Assembly (NCBI GenBank): GCA_026936335.1
Contig: JAPMXV010000073.1
Coordinates: 124,001-188,000, forward strand
DNA: 64,000 nucleotides
Direction: 5' to 3'
From: Mantamonas sphyraenae STR306
Lineage: Eukaryota > Protista > CRuMs
Made by a program: the position numbers and the translations under genes. The notes beneath the pieces were generated by a model. The model did not search any database and was not told the DNA's origin. It worked only from the letters and a program-made list of their open reading frames with translations. Shown here piece after piece: positions 33,547 through 47,428 of this stretch (position 1 is the first letter of the stretch; each line of letters opens with the position of its first letter).

Positions 33547-36051
33547 ATGGCACCCATGGCAAGGGGATCCTCCGTCCTCCACCTCCTCCTCCTGCTTTTC
33601 CTTCTGCTGCTTCTCCTGCAACCCAGTCCCACCCATGCCCTCGTCGTCAAGGACGAAACCATCTCTGTCGATGAATTCAAAATCTTCCGCACCTTTGGGT
33701 TTGCCCAAGGAGGTACGTGTTTGCCACCCCGCCCTTCCTCCTCCTCGGCCCCGGCCCCGATTTTGTTGTTTTCCGCTCCTCCTCCCCTGCCTCTGCGTTC
33801 CGCTATCGTCGCCTCGTTCACCGCTTTGCTGACTCGTGCTGCCATTGCACAATTGCCCACAGGCACCATCGATCTCCAAGCAACCGTGACAGAAGCCAAG
33901 CGGGTAGGTGTGCCCCCTGCGTCGTGCCTTTTCGCCGTTCCCGGCGCCTTGTGTGTGTGCCTCCGCCTCTCAAATATCCCCCCGCCTGTGCCCCTTTTTC
34001 CTTCTCCTGCACCTGTACACGTCCACTCCACACACCCGCCCCCGTCCCACGGCTGCATGTTGTATGTGTGCATCCCTTGCGTGGGTATTTGTTTGTCATT
34101 GACCGCGGCAACAGGTGTCCGTCGAGGCAGAAAGACTAACTCTGGCCTTTGTGTGCCTCCATTTTGCTGATGGGCTTCCCCCGCGGCGCTTTCTGCCGGC
34201 CGCCTTCCCGCCTTCCTTCCGACGGCCTTTGCGACCCATCCACCCACCCACACATACACACTACACACGTGTATGGGGACACATGGACACACACACCGCT
34301 CATGTGTACAGGAAGCACGCTTCCTGCTGTGTACAGATGCGAGCCTGTCGCGGCAAACGTCGCAGGCGATCCGGAAGAACGTGTGTGCGGACAAGGCGAA
34401 AGACGTGGGGTGTGAGACGTACAACACGACGTTCACTTCTGGGCTGCCGACACGGTATGTGCACACGGTGTCGACGACGGCACAGTACCATCTGACGGTG
34501 GTGAACTGTGGGCTGTTGACGGCGAAGCTGAGTGCAGATTACACACTGTTGAACCCGGGCAAGAAACAGCTCGGGGTTGGGGTGGCACCCTTGCCACAGG
34601 TGTTTTCATTCATCAGTCTGTCGTGGATTGTGTTGGGTGGCCTGTACGCGGTGGTGGTGTCTGTGTACAAGAAGTACAGTGTGCGTCTGCACCAGGCCCT
34701 GTTGCTGGTGTGTGCCCTCAAGTTGGCCGTGAATGTCAACAACCTGGCCTACTGGCGCGTGTGTGAACTCACGGGCCAGTGTCTGGACACCATCATCTAC
34801 GTGCGCTCCTTCCTCATGGCCGTGGCCGAGAGTGTGTTCTTTGCCACCATGCTCCTGTTGTCCAAGGGATGGTGTGTGGTGCGCAACGGACTGCCCGACA
34901 ACGAACGGCGTGGCCTGCTCCTGACCATGTGTCTCCTGGCCGCCTCCCTCCTCTTCTTCTCCCTCTTTTCCGGCTACTCCTACATCCTCTCCCTCATGCT
35001 CATGTACTTCTTCATGTTTCCCTACCTCCACAGCAGTGTCACCCAGAACACCGCCTCCATGCAGGCCCAGGTGCGCATCATCCGCTCCCTGGACAACGCC
35101 GTCAACCGCTGGGAGGTCCTCGATCTCATCAACGCCAAACTCCACCTCTTTGTCCGCCTCCGCCACGCCGTCGTCACCTACCTCTGTGCCTTTCTGGTGG
35201 CCAGTTCCGTGCGCATCTTTGTGCCCTGGGACATGGAGTGGCTCAACTTTCTCGTCCACGAGGGCATTGTCGTCCTCATGTACGCCGTCGTCTGTGTCTA
35301 CCTCCGTCCCACCCTCGACAATCCCTTCTACACCGTCATTCCCGACCTGCGCACGGGCGACGAGGAGGAACAGGCGTTGGACCAAAAGTCCCTGCGTTGG
35401 CGCTACCTCCTCATCGATCTGCCCGACCACAACGGCAAGGGTCCACACACCCTCCTCGGTGCCATGACAAGCACCGCCGTCAAACGCAAACGGGCACAGG
35501 CTGCAGAGGAGGCTGGGTTGAGTTTGGGTGCGGACGATTACTACGGCGGGTCGTCGTCGTCCTCGTCGTCATCCTCCTCGTCGTCATCTTCGTCCGCTTA
35601 CGCCTCCTCCTCGGGCCATGCGATGATTGGCATGAGCAGGTTGGGTGGAGGACGTGGAGGGCGTGGAGGACGCTTGGTGGATCGACTCAACTTGTCGCCG
35701 GCTGCCTTGGAGGCGTTGCAGGCGGCTGGGATCGATCCAGAGTTGGAACCGGAACTGGCGGTGGCCATTGCCGCTTCGTTGAGCGACGAAACACAGCTGC
35801 AACTGTATATCAGTGAACGGGATGGCGCTGCGGCGTCGTCATCCGCTGGTGGTGGGAATGGCAGCAGTGATGTCGACGATGACGACGACGATGATGATGA
35901 TGATGATGATGAGACGGAGGAGGAGGGTGAGGAAGATGACGACGACAGCAGCCACGGGCATTCCTCCGACGAGGACACAACCGTGCGTTCCAACAGCAGT
36001 CCACACAGCGGAAGCGACGAAGCTGAAGTGCAAGTGGTCGTGAGGCTGTAG
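33547..36051 (+). CDS. GOST/GPR107-108/TMEM87-like seven-TM protein with acidic tail (exons ~33547-33712, 33863-33903, 34312-36051)
   Basis: Signal peptide, TFGFAQGG.I, YHLTVVNC, YTLLNPG..QL..G..PLPQ, LLLSKGWCVVR and seven hydrophobic segments. Confidence 0.75.
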
Positions 36052-36141
36052 GCAGACAGACAGGCAGACGAATGGACGAACGGACACACACACACAATGG
36101 ACTCATCTACATTTCATGTTGCACTCTCTCTGTTGCACTCA

Positions 36142-39100
36142 TCACCGCAGGGCGGCCTCTTCAATGGCATATTGTCGCACACACTTGCGCATGACCTTGC
36201 TGGCCTGGTGGTAGGCATCAAAGGCAGCATCCTCATCGACAGCAGCCTGGAGGGCATCGAGCCAGGTGTCGATGTGTTCTGCAATGCGGTCGCCGTGGCG
36301 ATCAAAGAATTCGTTGCGCCACTCGTGTGCCACCCAATCCATGAGCCCACGAGCGAGTTCGAGGATGCCCTGTGCCATGGCCCACTGCGCCTGGGTGTCT
36401 TCAAAAATGTACACGTGGAGGAGGGCATGGAGGGCCTCCTGCACGAGGGGGATGAGGGCATCCATGTCCAGCCTGCCACTCTCCTCATCGTCACGGCTGG
36501 GACCCTGGGCAAAGAGTTTGTGCAGGGACATGGCACAGCCTGTGACCACCTGTTGGTCCAAGGTACGCACACCGGCGACAGATAGCCTGAGGAGGGTGGC
36601 CACATGATCGGTGCCGATGGCCCACACACGTGCTGCATGCTCGCGTGTGACCCCCTCCAGGGTGAGCGACACCCACCGTGCGTACTTGAGATAGGACAGG
36701 GCCACGTCGGGTGGCACACAGCCCAGCATGCGCAACACAGAACGAAGCATGTCTGCGGGTGCCTCGTCTCCAAACACGTCAAACACAGCCACGTTCACAT
36801 TGCCCTGGGCCATACACAAACCCATCACACGGGCACACACGGCCACCTGTTTCAACACAAGCGTGCGTTCCTCCTCGCTGTGGCCATGGGGATGGTGCCC
36901 GTGGTGGTGGTGGTCCTTCCCGCTGCCACTGCCACTGCCTCTGCCTCTGCCCCCGTCACCGTCCTCCTCCTGCTCCTCCTGGTCCAGTGTCATCCACTCT
37001 TTGGCCCAGCCTGAAAAGATGTCCAGCAGGCGGGCGGTGTATTGGAAGGCGACGGTGGCAAAGGCCGCCTTGTGTGCGCGGGCAAACTTTTGCCCGCGAG
37101 GCTGCCACAGATCGACCAGCAGCTTGAGCAGGGGCAGGGTGACGTCGTGGTCACCCGCACGTTGGTGCATCACCTCACACAGGAGATCAAACACGCCTTC
37201 GTCCTCAAACAGCGCACACACGGAATCCATCTGCTCGGCGGTGCGCACCCCTTGCATCACACCGCGCAGATCACGCAGGCTGCCGGCCACCACAATCGAC
37301 ACCTGTTCCTCGTCCTCGTCATCGTGCTGCTCGTCCTGCTCGTCTGCGTTGGTGGCTGCCCACAGGTCTTTGATGCTGGGGGTGGCGAGATCGACGAGAC
37401 GATTGGGTCGCAGGTGAGCCAAGGCGCGCAGAAACAGCGTACGCATGCGTGCGTTGGCTCGCTCACGCATAAACACAAAGTTTTCGGGGTCCGCATGGGA
37501 CACCAGCACGTCCACGAGTTCCAGGTCACGCAGGAGGGTGACGTTGACCTGGGATTGGGCCACTTCAAAGAGCACCTTGAGCACGCGTGCCACGACGTCG
37601 ACGCTGCCCTGGCCCCAATCGCGCAGCAGCCATAGGAGGGAGGAGACGTATTGGAGCAGCATGGAACGGGTGTCAAACACATCCTCGCAGCCGCCACGTG
37701 TGCAGGCTGCGTAGAAAGAGGCGCCGGCTTTGTGGAGATCGGTGACGTAGCTCTTGCGCAGTTGGGTCATGAAAAACACAAGGGCCAGAGTGAGACGCTC
37801 GTGGTGCTCGCTTCCACCCAGGAGATCGCCCACGTGTTCGTCGCCGTGCATCTCTTCCATCTCGGCCATAAAGTGTAGGACCCCGCCTACCATGCGTCCG
37901 TCGAGAGCTTCGTGGTCGTCCGAACTCAATGTGCTGCCTGCCAGACGAGCCACAGTGCGTGCGCCGAGCATCGAACCCAGGATGTAATGCAACCAGGTGA
38001 GTTGTGCCTCACAGGATTGCACCGCCTCGGCGTCGCCCTTATCCACCGCGGCGTCAAACGTCCCGTACAGCTGCTCCTGCAGATCCAGGCACTCTTCGGC
38101 CACGTCTGCGTAGTCGCACCCGGCCAGGACGGGGATGGATTCGAGTTGGAGCACCTGCTGGTCCAGGTCGTCCAGGAGGTTGACTTCGGCAAAGCGCAGG
38201 CGTGATTGGATGTACTGTTTGAGCACGTTGGGTGCATACTGTGTCAGGTCGGTGGTGCCACTGTTGGTCAGCACCAGGTTGGACCACAGTCGCAGGAGGT
38301 AGTACAGGGACGGCTCCTGCCACGTTGTGGTGCTGAAGGAATTGAGGGTGAGTTCGGAGACGGCCTCCAACCACCGGGTGTAGGTCTTGCCACGCTCAGC
38401 CATGCTGGCGGTTGTGTGTACATACTTGAGTCGTGCGTTGAAGCGAACCAAGTTGAGGACCACGTCCTCGTCGTCCATCTTGCTGTACAGCTCGTCCATC
38501 ATCATGGCGGACCCAAACAGCAGCTTCTCCAACACCACACCGAGTTGAGCGCCATGAAAGGAGGGATGCACACCGGCCACCAACACGAGACATTCCATGG
38601 CCACAGCCGCGGCACTTCCCTCCAAGGACTCTTCGACCCACTCGAACAACCGGTCGGTGAGTTCGGCAAAGTCGACCTCCTCCCGCCAATCTGGATGCAA
38701 GCGGATGGCAGCCATGTCCGATTGCACCTCCATGTTGCCCTTTCCTGTGATGTCAAACTCCAGGCAGGCGATGATGAGGTGTACGCCACAGAGCCACCTG
38801 TCGTCCTTGATCTCGTCCATGGGATCCTCCGGGTTGTAGTCCACCTCCTTGTAGTACGGATGGTCGTTGAAGCCAAAGAACACATCGATGCCACACAACA
38901 TCAGCTGTTTGAGTGCACCGTCGCGGAATGAGGCGGCTGCAGAACGGTGGTTGTGCGACGAGGACAGGCCACGTGCTTCGTAGTTGAACTCATCCACAAG
39001 CGCCTGAAGCACACGCATGCTTGTAAACAGGCTCACTTCAGGATCCTCTTCCAACGTACGAATCACCTGCATTGGATACTGTCGGATGTCAAGCGAGTCC

Positions 39101-39600
39101 AGCCACGACAGCTTGATGATCCGCACCAGCATGTGAATCAGCGGCGTCACCACCTCTTTCATGGGTGGTTTCGCAATCAACCTGTCCAGAGTGGGCACTG
39201 AGTCCATGGGTGGGTGTCAGGATGGGTGGGGGGTGTGCGGTGGGCGGTGGTGGGTGGTGGTGTGAGGTGCGAGAGCTGGGACGACGGACGGCCAGCGTCG
39301 CATGTCTTTACAGTGTGCAGAGACACACACGAGGGTTGCCAGGGTGCACTTACCCAACTGAAGGACGTCATCCACAGCATAGGTGTTCCAGGCGCTGGTC
39401 ATATCGTTGGTAAAAGCGACGAGCGCCCACTGGAGGGCGAAAAAGTTTGTGCTGTGAGTGAGGATGTCGACCAGCTGCTGCAGATTCTCGGAAGTGGCCA
39501 GCTCCTCCAATTCCTCCTCTGCCGCAATCTGCTGTTCTCGGCTGCGGCCGACGAGTGCATCCTCACACAACTGTTCCAACGCTGGCAAATTGTCGACCAT
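36142..39600 (-). CDS. XPO7: Exportin-7 / RanBP16-17 family (exons 39600-39354, 39197-36142)
   Basis: LEQLCE..AE, HRSAAASFRD, EAQLTWLHYILG..LGAR, HEALDG, LRDLRG, LPLLKLL, GNVNVAVFDVFGD, LSYLKY. Phase-1 intron gtaagt..ctcag. Confidence 0.8.
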
Positions 39601-39671
39601 GCGGGGGGGGGGATGGTGGTGGAAGGTGAGCGATTGGGTTGCGTTGGTTTGGGCAAGTGTGGAGAAGGAGG

Positions 39672-42192
39672 ATGCAAGCACGTCCATTGTCGCCCATGGC
39701 ACGGGTGAGCAAGGTGAAGCGGTCGACGTCGCAACGGACGCCGAAGCAGCTGGGAGACAAGGAGAGGCGAAGGAGGATGCGGGCAAGGGAGGAACGTCTT
39801 CAGGAACGACGTGCGGCGCAGGCCAGAGAGCAGGCAAGGGCAAGAACGGCAGAGGAATATCTGGGGCCCTCTGCACGTGGGTTTCGCATGATTGCACGTG
39901 GTCGTGTGGATGATAGGATGGCCAGGGTGCAACGGGAGGCGGAGAAGATGAGGACCATACAGCTGCGCAGGCAGAGGGAGATGTTGGAGGTGAGTGGGGA
40001 GTGGGGAAGGAGAGGAGAGGAGGAGACGGGGGAGGAAAGGGTGGGGTGTGGGGTGGGGTGGGTGGGTGGGTGGGGTGGCAGGGGAGGGAGAGTGGGGGTG
40101 GTGGATTCGTGGACGACCGTTGCCGGGGGAGATGGGGCCGGGAAACTGACATTCGGGTGGCTGGCACACATACACACACACATGCACACAGAGGGAGTAT
40201 GCAGACAGGATGGCCATGATCCAAGCGGACATTGAAACAAAGGAGGAGAGGAAGAAAGCGGTGGAGGAGTATCGGGAGGCGGTGCAGAAGGACCGAGTGA
40301 TTGCAGGAAAGATGCGGGATCTGAAGGCCAAGAACAGGGTGCAACGGAAGCATGTGGAGCGGGAACTGGCACTGGAACGCCAGTTGGAAAGGGAGCGACA
40401 GAGGGAGAAGCAGATAGCCAAGGAGGCCAAGCGGAGACGGAGGGCAAAGAAGAAGGAGGAGAAGGAGCGACGAAGACGTGCGTTGGAACACACAATCCAC
40501 ACCGAAGAACGGTTCATTCGGGAGGCGATTGCACGGAGGAGGAGGATTGAGGAGGAGGATGTGGCGACACGGCAGATACTGTATGGGGAGTCGAGCAAGT
40601 GGAAGTTGTACGGAACACATCGACTGCCGCCGCTGACGACGTCGATTGGGGCCCACGAGGTGTACACGGTGCAGCAGGTGCACAAAGAGGCGATGCGCGT
40701 GCCGGTGGTGGGTGGGAAGGGTGTGGAGGTGGATGCAGACGACGAGGAGGAGCAGAACAAGCGGAAGTGGCAGGCGTTCAAGTACAGCGTGTATGGGGGC
40801 AAGGAGAAGTTTGATCAGATGGTGAGCACGGTGAGGGAACTGAATGCGATGGAGGCGGAGGAGGCAAGGAGGCAGTTTACGCTGATGAACACGACCGAGG
40901 CAGAGATGGAACGGGTGGTGCGATCGAGTTTGAGTCGAGGCAACGCATCGCGTGAGGCAGAGCTGCTTCGGAGCAACAAGCAGGCACGGCAGGAATTTGT
41001 GGTGCGGCAACACGAGGCGAAACGGCCGTCGTTCAGGGGAGGCAACGCAAGCAGCTTCATTGTGGTGGAGGAGGACCATGAGGTGGACCTGGTGGGGATT
41101 GGGGATGGTGGGGGGGATGAAGAGGGTGGCGGTGTGCTGGAGGAGGTGTTGGCAGAAACGTTGGAGAGGATGCGTGTGGAGGCAGGGAGTGGTGAGGAGG
41201 AGGAGGACGGAGAGGACGGGGAGGAATTGATGGAGGTTGCACCGGGGTACTTGGTGCAGGTGCAGAGGGGAGAGGGAAGGCGAACGGGAGATGGGCACAG
41301 GGAGAAGGGCCTGGAGGAGGACGGGGATAGCAGTGACAGCGATGATGAGACTGGGAGGAGGAGTGGGAGACGGACGGGGGATGGGGCCGGGGTGTCGTTT
41401 GAGAGCATGGAGGCACGGAAGGAAAGGCGGAGGAGTGAGGCAGGGATGGTGTTGCACACAGAGAGGATGGATGGGGAAGGGGATGATGGGTGGCAGGAGG
41501 AGGAAGAGGAGATGGTGTTGTTGGGATCGGCGAGCACGTCGTCGAGAGGGGCGACGGGAGTGGTGATGCGGCCGGTGGAGTCGGGGATGGGGTCGATGGG
41601 GAGTGAGGGGAGTGGGAGGGGAAGCAGAGGCGTGGGCAATGACACGCCGTTGAGCATGGGGAGCACGGGGAGTGACGGAGGAGTGGGTGGTGGTCGGATG
41701 TTGGGAGTGGGGACGCCTGAGAGGCTGCATTTGAAGCGGGGCAACAGTCATGCGGGGCTGGAGGCGTTGATGAGGCATCTGGGGGATGGGCCAGGTGGAG
41801 AGGGTGGAGAGGGCGGTGGTGGTGGAGGAGGGAAGGGTGGGCGCGGGAGGAGCATGAGCATGCGGGATGCACAGAGGGAGGCGATGGGGAGGAGTGGGAG
41901 GAGGAGGAGCAGTGTGGTGGGGAGGGGAGGGATGGTGGGGAGGCTGGAGAGGAGGGGAAGTGAGAGTGTGTTGTTGCAGGTGGGTGGGGGTGGTGGGGAT
42001 GGGATGGGTGGGATGTGACCGGGAGGGGGAAGGGGAGGAATGGAAGGTTGGTTTTGGTGGGTGTGTTGGGTGGGGTTTGGAAGGTTTGAGGGGGTGGGGC
42101 AGCTCCGCGAGGTGATCGTGGGACAGGACGAGGAGGAGGAAGACAGCGATGATGAGGATGAGGAGAGTGGCAAGGCGGAGGGTGGAAAGTGA
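39672..42192 (+). CDS. Coiled-coil, low-complexity hypothetical protein (exons 39672-39989, 40192-41979, probably 42103-42192)
   Basis: E/R/K-rich helical ORFs joined in frame by GT-AG introns; no recognisable domain. Confidence 0.6.
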
Positions 42193-42541
42193 CAGGAGCT
42201 GCATGAGCAGGCACTAGCGAGATGGTGGTGATGGCCGGGGGAGGGTGAGGAGGGAGTGGTGGGAATGAATGTTGGTATTGGTTGGGTGGGGTTTGGCAGG
42301 GAGGGGTTGGTGGTGGGAGGGAGGGAGGAAAGGAGGGAGGTGGGTGTGTGTTTGGTGCTCGGATGCACCGGGTGGACCACTGGAACTTGCAAGTGGAACA
42401 AGGTTGGTGTGCAGAGGGAGGGATGTGACTGTGGATTGGGGCTGGGTCATGGGAGGGGCGTTGTGGAAGGGCAAAAGGAGGAAGCCGAGATGGGTGTGAC
42501 GTGCTAGCGCTCACGCTGGACGCAGGACCAGTTGGTTGACC

Positions 42542-44726
42542 ATGAGCACACAGACGAAAGTGGACTGGCATTCACTGCTGCAGAACGGTGATGAGGAGCG
42601 CATTGGAGCGGCGTTGGCAGAGGCGGGTGAGGTATGTTTGTGCGGAGGGAAGGGAGGGGAAAGTCGTGGACGTGTCAGACGAAACGCATGGAGAGAGTAG
42701 GGTTTGGGACGATGGTTTCCTGAGATACGGGATGTGATCGCTGACACGAGTGGTGCAGCATTTGAACCTCGGGGAAAGGATCACGGACAATCTGGCAAAG
42801 GCACTGGCAAAGAACAGCAGCTTGAAGTCACTGAGACTTCGCAGCAACGTCATTGGGGAAGAGGAAGCAGCCGAACTGGCGCAGGCGCTGAGGGAGAACA
42901 GCAGTTTGGAGCACCTGGAAATGTACCAGAACAGCCTTGGCTACAGAGGGGTAGCAGCATTGGCAGACGCACTGTGTGAGAACAGCACCCTGCGGAGCTT
43001 GCACATCGGGAGCAACAGCATCGGTGACGAAGGTGCAGCAGAACTGGCCAAGGCTGTGGTTGTGAACAGCTGCCTGCAGGAGCTGAGCCTCGGCTTCAAC
43101 GACATCGGAGTCGAAGGGGCAGCAGCACTGGCAAGTACTCTGTGTGAGAACAACAGCTTGCAGACACTGGACCTCAGCCACAACACCATCGGTATAGAGG
43201 GTGTAACAGCACTGAGCAAGGCACTTTGCAAGAATAGTAGCTTGCTGACCTTGGAGCTTTACCACAACAACGTCGGGCACGAAGGAGCAACAGTGCTGGG
43301 AAAGGCACTGTGTGACAACAACAGCTTGCAGACACTGGACCTCAGACACAATGACATTGGTGCAGAGGGAGCAACAGCGCTGAGCGAGGCACTTTGCAAC
43401 AACAGCAGCTTGCTGTCCTTGCAGCTGTACTACAACAACGTCGGGCACGAGGGTGCATCAGCACTGGCGACGGTTCTTTCTGTGAACGACACCTTGCGGA
43501 CACTGGATCTGGACAGCAACGATATCGGGGACGAGGGAACATCCGCGCTGGCCAAGGCACTGTGTGACAACAACAGCCTGCAGACACTGATTCTCAATCG
43601 CAATAGCATCGGTGCAGAAACTGCAACTAAACTGAGCATGGCACTGTGCAACAACAGCAGCTTGCTGACACTGACTCTCGACGGCAACTCCATCGGTGCA
43701 GCTGGTGCACTAGCACTGAGCAAGGCACTGTGCACCAACAGCAGCTTGCAGACATTGCATCTCTACAAATCCAACGTCGGGGACGAGGGAGTAGCAGCGC
43801 TGGCACAGGCGCTGAGTGGGAACAGCACCTTGCGTCGCCTAAACATTGAGGGCAACGTCATCGGGGCCGAAGGGGCTGCAGCACTGGCAAAGGCACTGAC
43901 GGAAAACAACAGCTTGCAGAGACTGGGCCTTGGGGACAGCAACATCAGGGATGAAGAAGCATCAGCACTGGCGCAGGGACTGGGTGAAAACAACAGCTTG
44001 CAGACACTCATACTCAGCAGGAACAGCATCGGAGACAAAGGAGCAGCTGCTCTGGCGCAGGCACTGAGCAAGAACAGCACCTTGCAGAGACTGAATCTCA
44101 GAAACAATGTTATCAGCGCAGCAGGAGCAGTGGCACTGGCACAGGCGCTTGTTGAGAACAGCACCTTGCAGGAGCTGGAACTCGCGGCCAACTTCATCTT
44201 GAAGAAGGGAATTTCGGCTCTGGCAGTTGCGATGGAAGACAATCGATCAAGCTGGAAGATTGGCACCGGATCCCTAGTGTATGATCCACTGCGGTCACTG
44301 TTGGAGAGGAACAATGAGCGGCATGTGGAGTTTGTGCAGTGTGGGGATGTGAAGAGGATGGCTGGGCTGAGGGAGTGGGGTGTGCCCGTGGACACGCTTG
44401 CTGCACGTGAGGAGACGGCATTGGATAGAGCGGTGAAACAAGGGAATGATGAGGTGGTGGAGGCATTGCGGGGCTGGGGTGCTACAGTGAGTGAAAAGAC
44501 CGTGAAGTTGGTGAGGGAGGGAGGATGGAGGAAGGAGTGGCATTGGATCGGGTGGAGTGGGGTGGTGGATGAGGGGATGGAAGTGGCGTTGGTGATGAAT
44601 GGGGAGGAGAGGGAAGTGATGTTTGAGTGTGGGGGGATGGAAGGGTATGAGGCGAGTTGTGATTGGTGGACGGTGCCAGATGAGGTGATGGACAGGGTGT
44701 TGGGGTGGATGGGCAAGGGAGGGTGA
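42542..44726 (+). CDS. LRR(~18)-ankyrin-F-box-like-tail protein, copy A (exons 42542-42631, 42759-44726)
   Basis: 30-codon exon MSTQTKVDWHSLLQNGDEERIGAALAEAGE, gtatgt donor, CTGAC..tgcag acceptor. 28-aa RI-like LRRs, Ank ETALDRAVKQGNDEVVEALRGWGA, tail WWTVPDEVMDRVLGWM. Confidence 0.88.
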
Positions 44727-45007
44727 GGAGAGAGTGATGGGAATGAATGGTGGATTTGGGTTGGGTGGGGTTTGGCATTGGAGGGGATGGGGGTTGGGAA
44801 GGGGAAAGGTGGGAGTTGTGCCCTGCTCGGATGCACTGGGTGGACCACTGGAACTTGGAAAGAGACAAGGTTGGTGTGCAGAGGGAGGGATGCGACTGTG
44901 CATGGGGCTGGGTCATGGAAGGGGCGTTGTGGAAGGGCAAAAGGAGGAAGCCGAGATGGGTGTGACGTGCTGGAGCTCACACGGGACGCAGGACCAGTTT
45001 GTTGAGC

Positions 45008-47144
45008 ATGGGCTCAAAGAACATGGATAGTTGGAAGGAACTACTGCAGAGTGGTGATGAAGAGCGCATTGCAGTGGCATTGGCAGAGGCGGGTGAGGTA
45101 TGTTTGTGCGGCGGGAAGGGAGGGGGAAGTCGTGGACGTGTCACAGACGAGGAGGGGGGTGAGGGGAGACACGAACGCATGGAGAGAGTAGGGTTTGGAC
45201 GATGGTTGCGTGAGATACGGGATGTGATCGCTGACACGAGTGTTGCAGCAATTGACCCTGTGGGAGAGGATCAGGGGCAATCTGATGGTGACACTGGCCA
45301 AGGCACTGGCAAAGAACAGCAGCTTGAAGTCACTAAACCTTGGCGGCAGCGGTATCGGGGAGGAGGAAGCAGCCGAACTGGCGCAGGCGCTGAGGGAGAA
45401 CAGCAGTTTGGAGCACCTGGAAATGTACCAGAACAGCCTTGGCTACAGGGGGGTAGCAGCATTGGCAGACGCACTGTGTGAGAACAGCACCCTGCGGAGC
45501 TTGAACATTGGAGGCAGCAACATCGGTGACGAAGGTGCAGCAGAACTGGCCAAGGCTGTGGTTGTGAACAGCTGCCTGCAGGAGCTGAGCCTTTGTTTCA
45601 ACAACATCGGAGCCGAAGGGGCAGCAGCACTGGCAAATACTCTTTGTGAGAACAACAGCTTGCAGAGGCTGAACCTCAGCCACAACACCATCGGTATAGA
45701 GGGTGCAACAGCACTGAGCAAGGCACTGTGCAACAACAGCACCTTGGTGACCTTGCTGCTCTACAGAACCAAGGTTGGGGACGAGGGAGCGACGGCGCTG
45801 GCAAGGACTCTTTCTGTCAACGACACCTTGCGCAAACTGGACCTGGATAGCAACGGCATCGGGGAAGAGGGGGCATCAGCGCTGGCAAAGATTCTCTGTG
45901 AAAACAACAGCTTGCAGACACTGAATCTCAACCGCAATAGCATCGGTGCAGAAACTGCAACTAAACTGAGCATGGCACTTTGTGAAAACAGCAGCTTGAA
46001 GACCTTGCATCTCTACTCCAACAACATCGGTCCCGAGGGAGCAGCAGCGCTGGCACAGGCGCTGTGTGAGAACAGCATCTTGCAGACACTGAATCTCAAC
46101 AGCAACGACATCGGTGCAGAGGGTGCACTAGCACTGAGCAAGGCACTGTGCACCAACAGCAGCTTGCAGACATTGCAGCTTCACCACACCAAAATCGGGG
46201 ACGAGGGAGCGTCGGCGCTTGCACAGGCCATGTACGTGAACAGCACCTTGCGTCGCCTAAACATTGAGGGCAACGTCATCGGGGCCGAAGGGGCTGCAGC
46301 ACTGGCAAAGGCACTAACGGAAAACAACAGCTTGCAGAGACTGGACCTTGGTGACAACAACATCAGGGATGAAGAAGCATCAGCACTGGCGCAGGGACTG
46401 GGTGATAGCAGCAGCCTGCAGACACTCTTCCTCAGCAAGAACAACATCGGGGACAAAGGAGCAGCTGCTCTGGCGCAGGCGCTGAGCAAGAACAGCACCT
46501 TGCAGAGACTGGATCTGAGAAACAATGTTATCGGGACAGCAGGAGCAGTGGCACTGGCACAGGCGCTTGTTGAGAACAGCACCTTGCAGGCACTGGAACT
46601 CGGAGCCAACTTCATCTTGAAGAAGGGAATTTCGGCTCTGGCAGTTGCGATGGAAGACAATCGATCGTGCTGGAGGATTGACACCGGATCCTTCGTGTAT
46701 GATCCACTGCAATCGCTGTTGGAGAGGAACAAGGAGCGGCATGTGGAGTTTGTGCAGTGTGGGGATGTGGAGAAGATGGCTGCGTTGAGGGAGTGGGGTG
46801 TGCCTGTGGACACGCTCGCTGCACGTGAGGGGACGGCATTGGAACGAGCGGTGAAGCAAGGGAATGATGAGGTGGTGGAGGCATTGCGGGACTGGGGTGC
46901 TACAGTGAGTGAAGAGACCGTGAAGTTGGTGAGGGAGGAAGGGTGGAGGAAGGAGTGGCATTGGATTGGGTGGAGTGGGGTGGTGGATGAGGGGATGGAA
47001 GTGGCGTTGGTGATGAATGGGGAGGAGAGGGAAGTGATGTTTGAGTGTGGAGGGATGGAGGGGTATGAGGCGAGTTGTGAGTGGTGGACGGTGCCGGATG
47101 AGGTGATGGAGAGGGTGTTGGGGTGGATGGGCAAGGGAGGGTGA
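45008..47144 (+). CDS. LRR(~17)-ankyrin-tail protein, copy B (exons 45008-45097, 45249-47144)
   Basis: Same architecture; closest to copy A. Confidence 0.88.
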
Positions 47145-47428
47145 GGGAGAATGAATGGTGGCATTGGGTGGTGGGGGTTGGCATTGGAGGGGTGGGTGGG
47201 AGGGAGGGGGGAGAAAGGAGGGAGTTGTGCGTCTGCTGCTCGGATGCACTGGATGGCCCATTGGAACTTGGATAGAGACAAGGTTGGTGTGCAAGAAGGG
47301 AAGAGCGTGCAGCAGGGAGGTATGGGGCTGGGTCATGAGAGTGGGCGCTGTGTAAAGTGCAAAAAGGGGGGCCGAGATGGGTGTGACGTGCTGGAGCTCA
47401 CACGGGACGCAGGACCAGCTGGTTGGCC

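Noticed and set aside
39217-42204. 995-aa His/Pro-rich minus-strand ORF
   Set aside because: Mostly the antisense of a G-rich plus-strand gene; only its last part is real (exportin-7 exon 1, 39600-39354).
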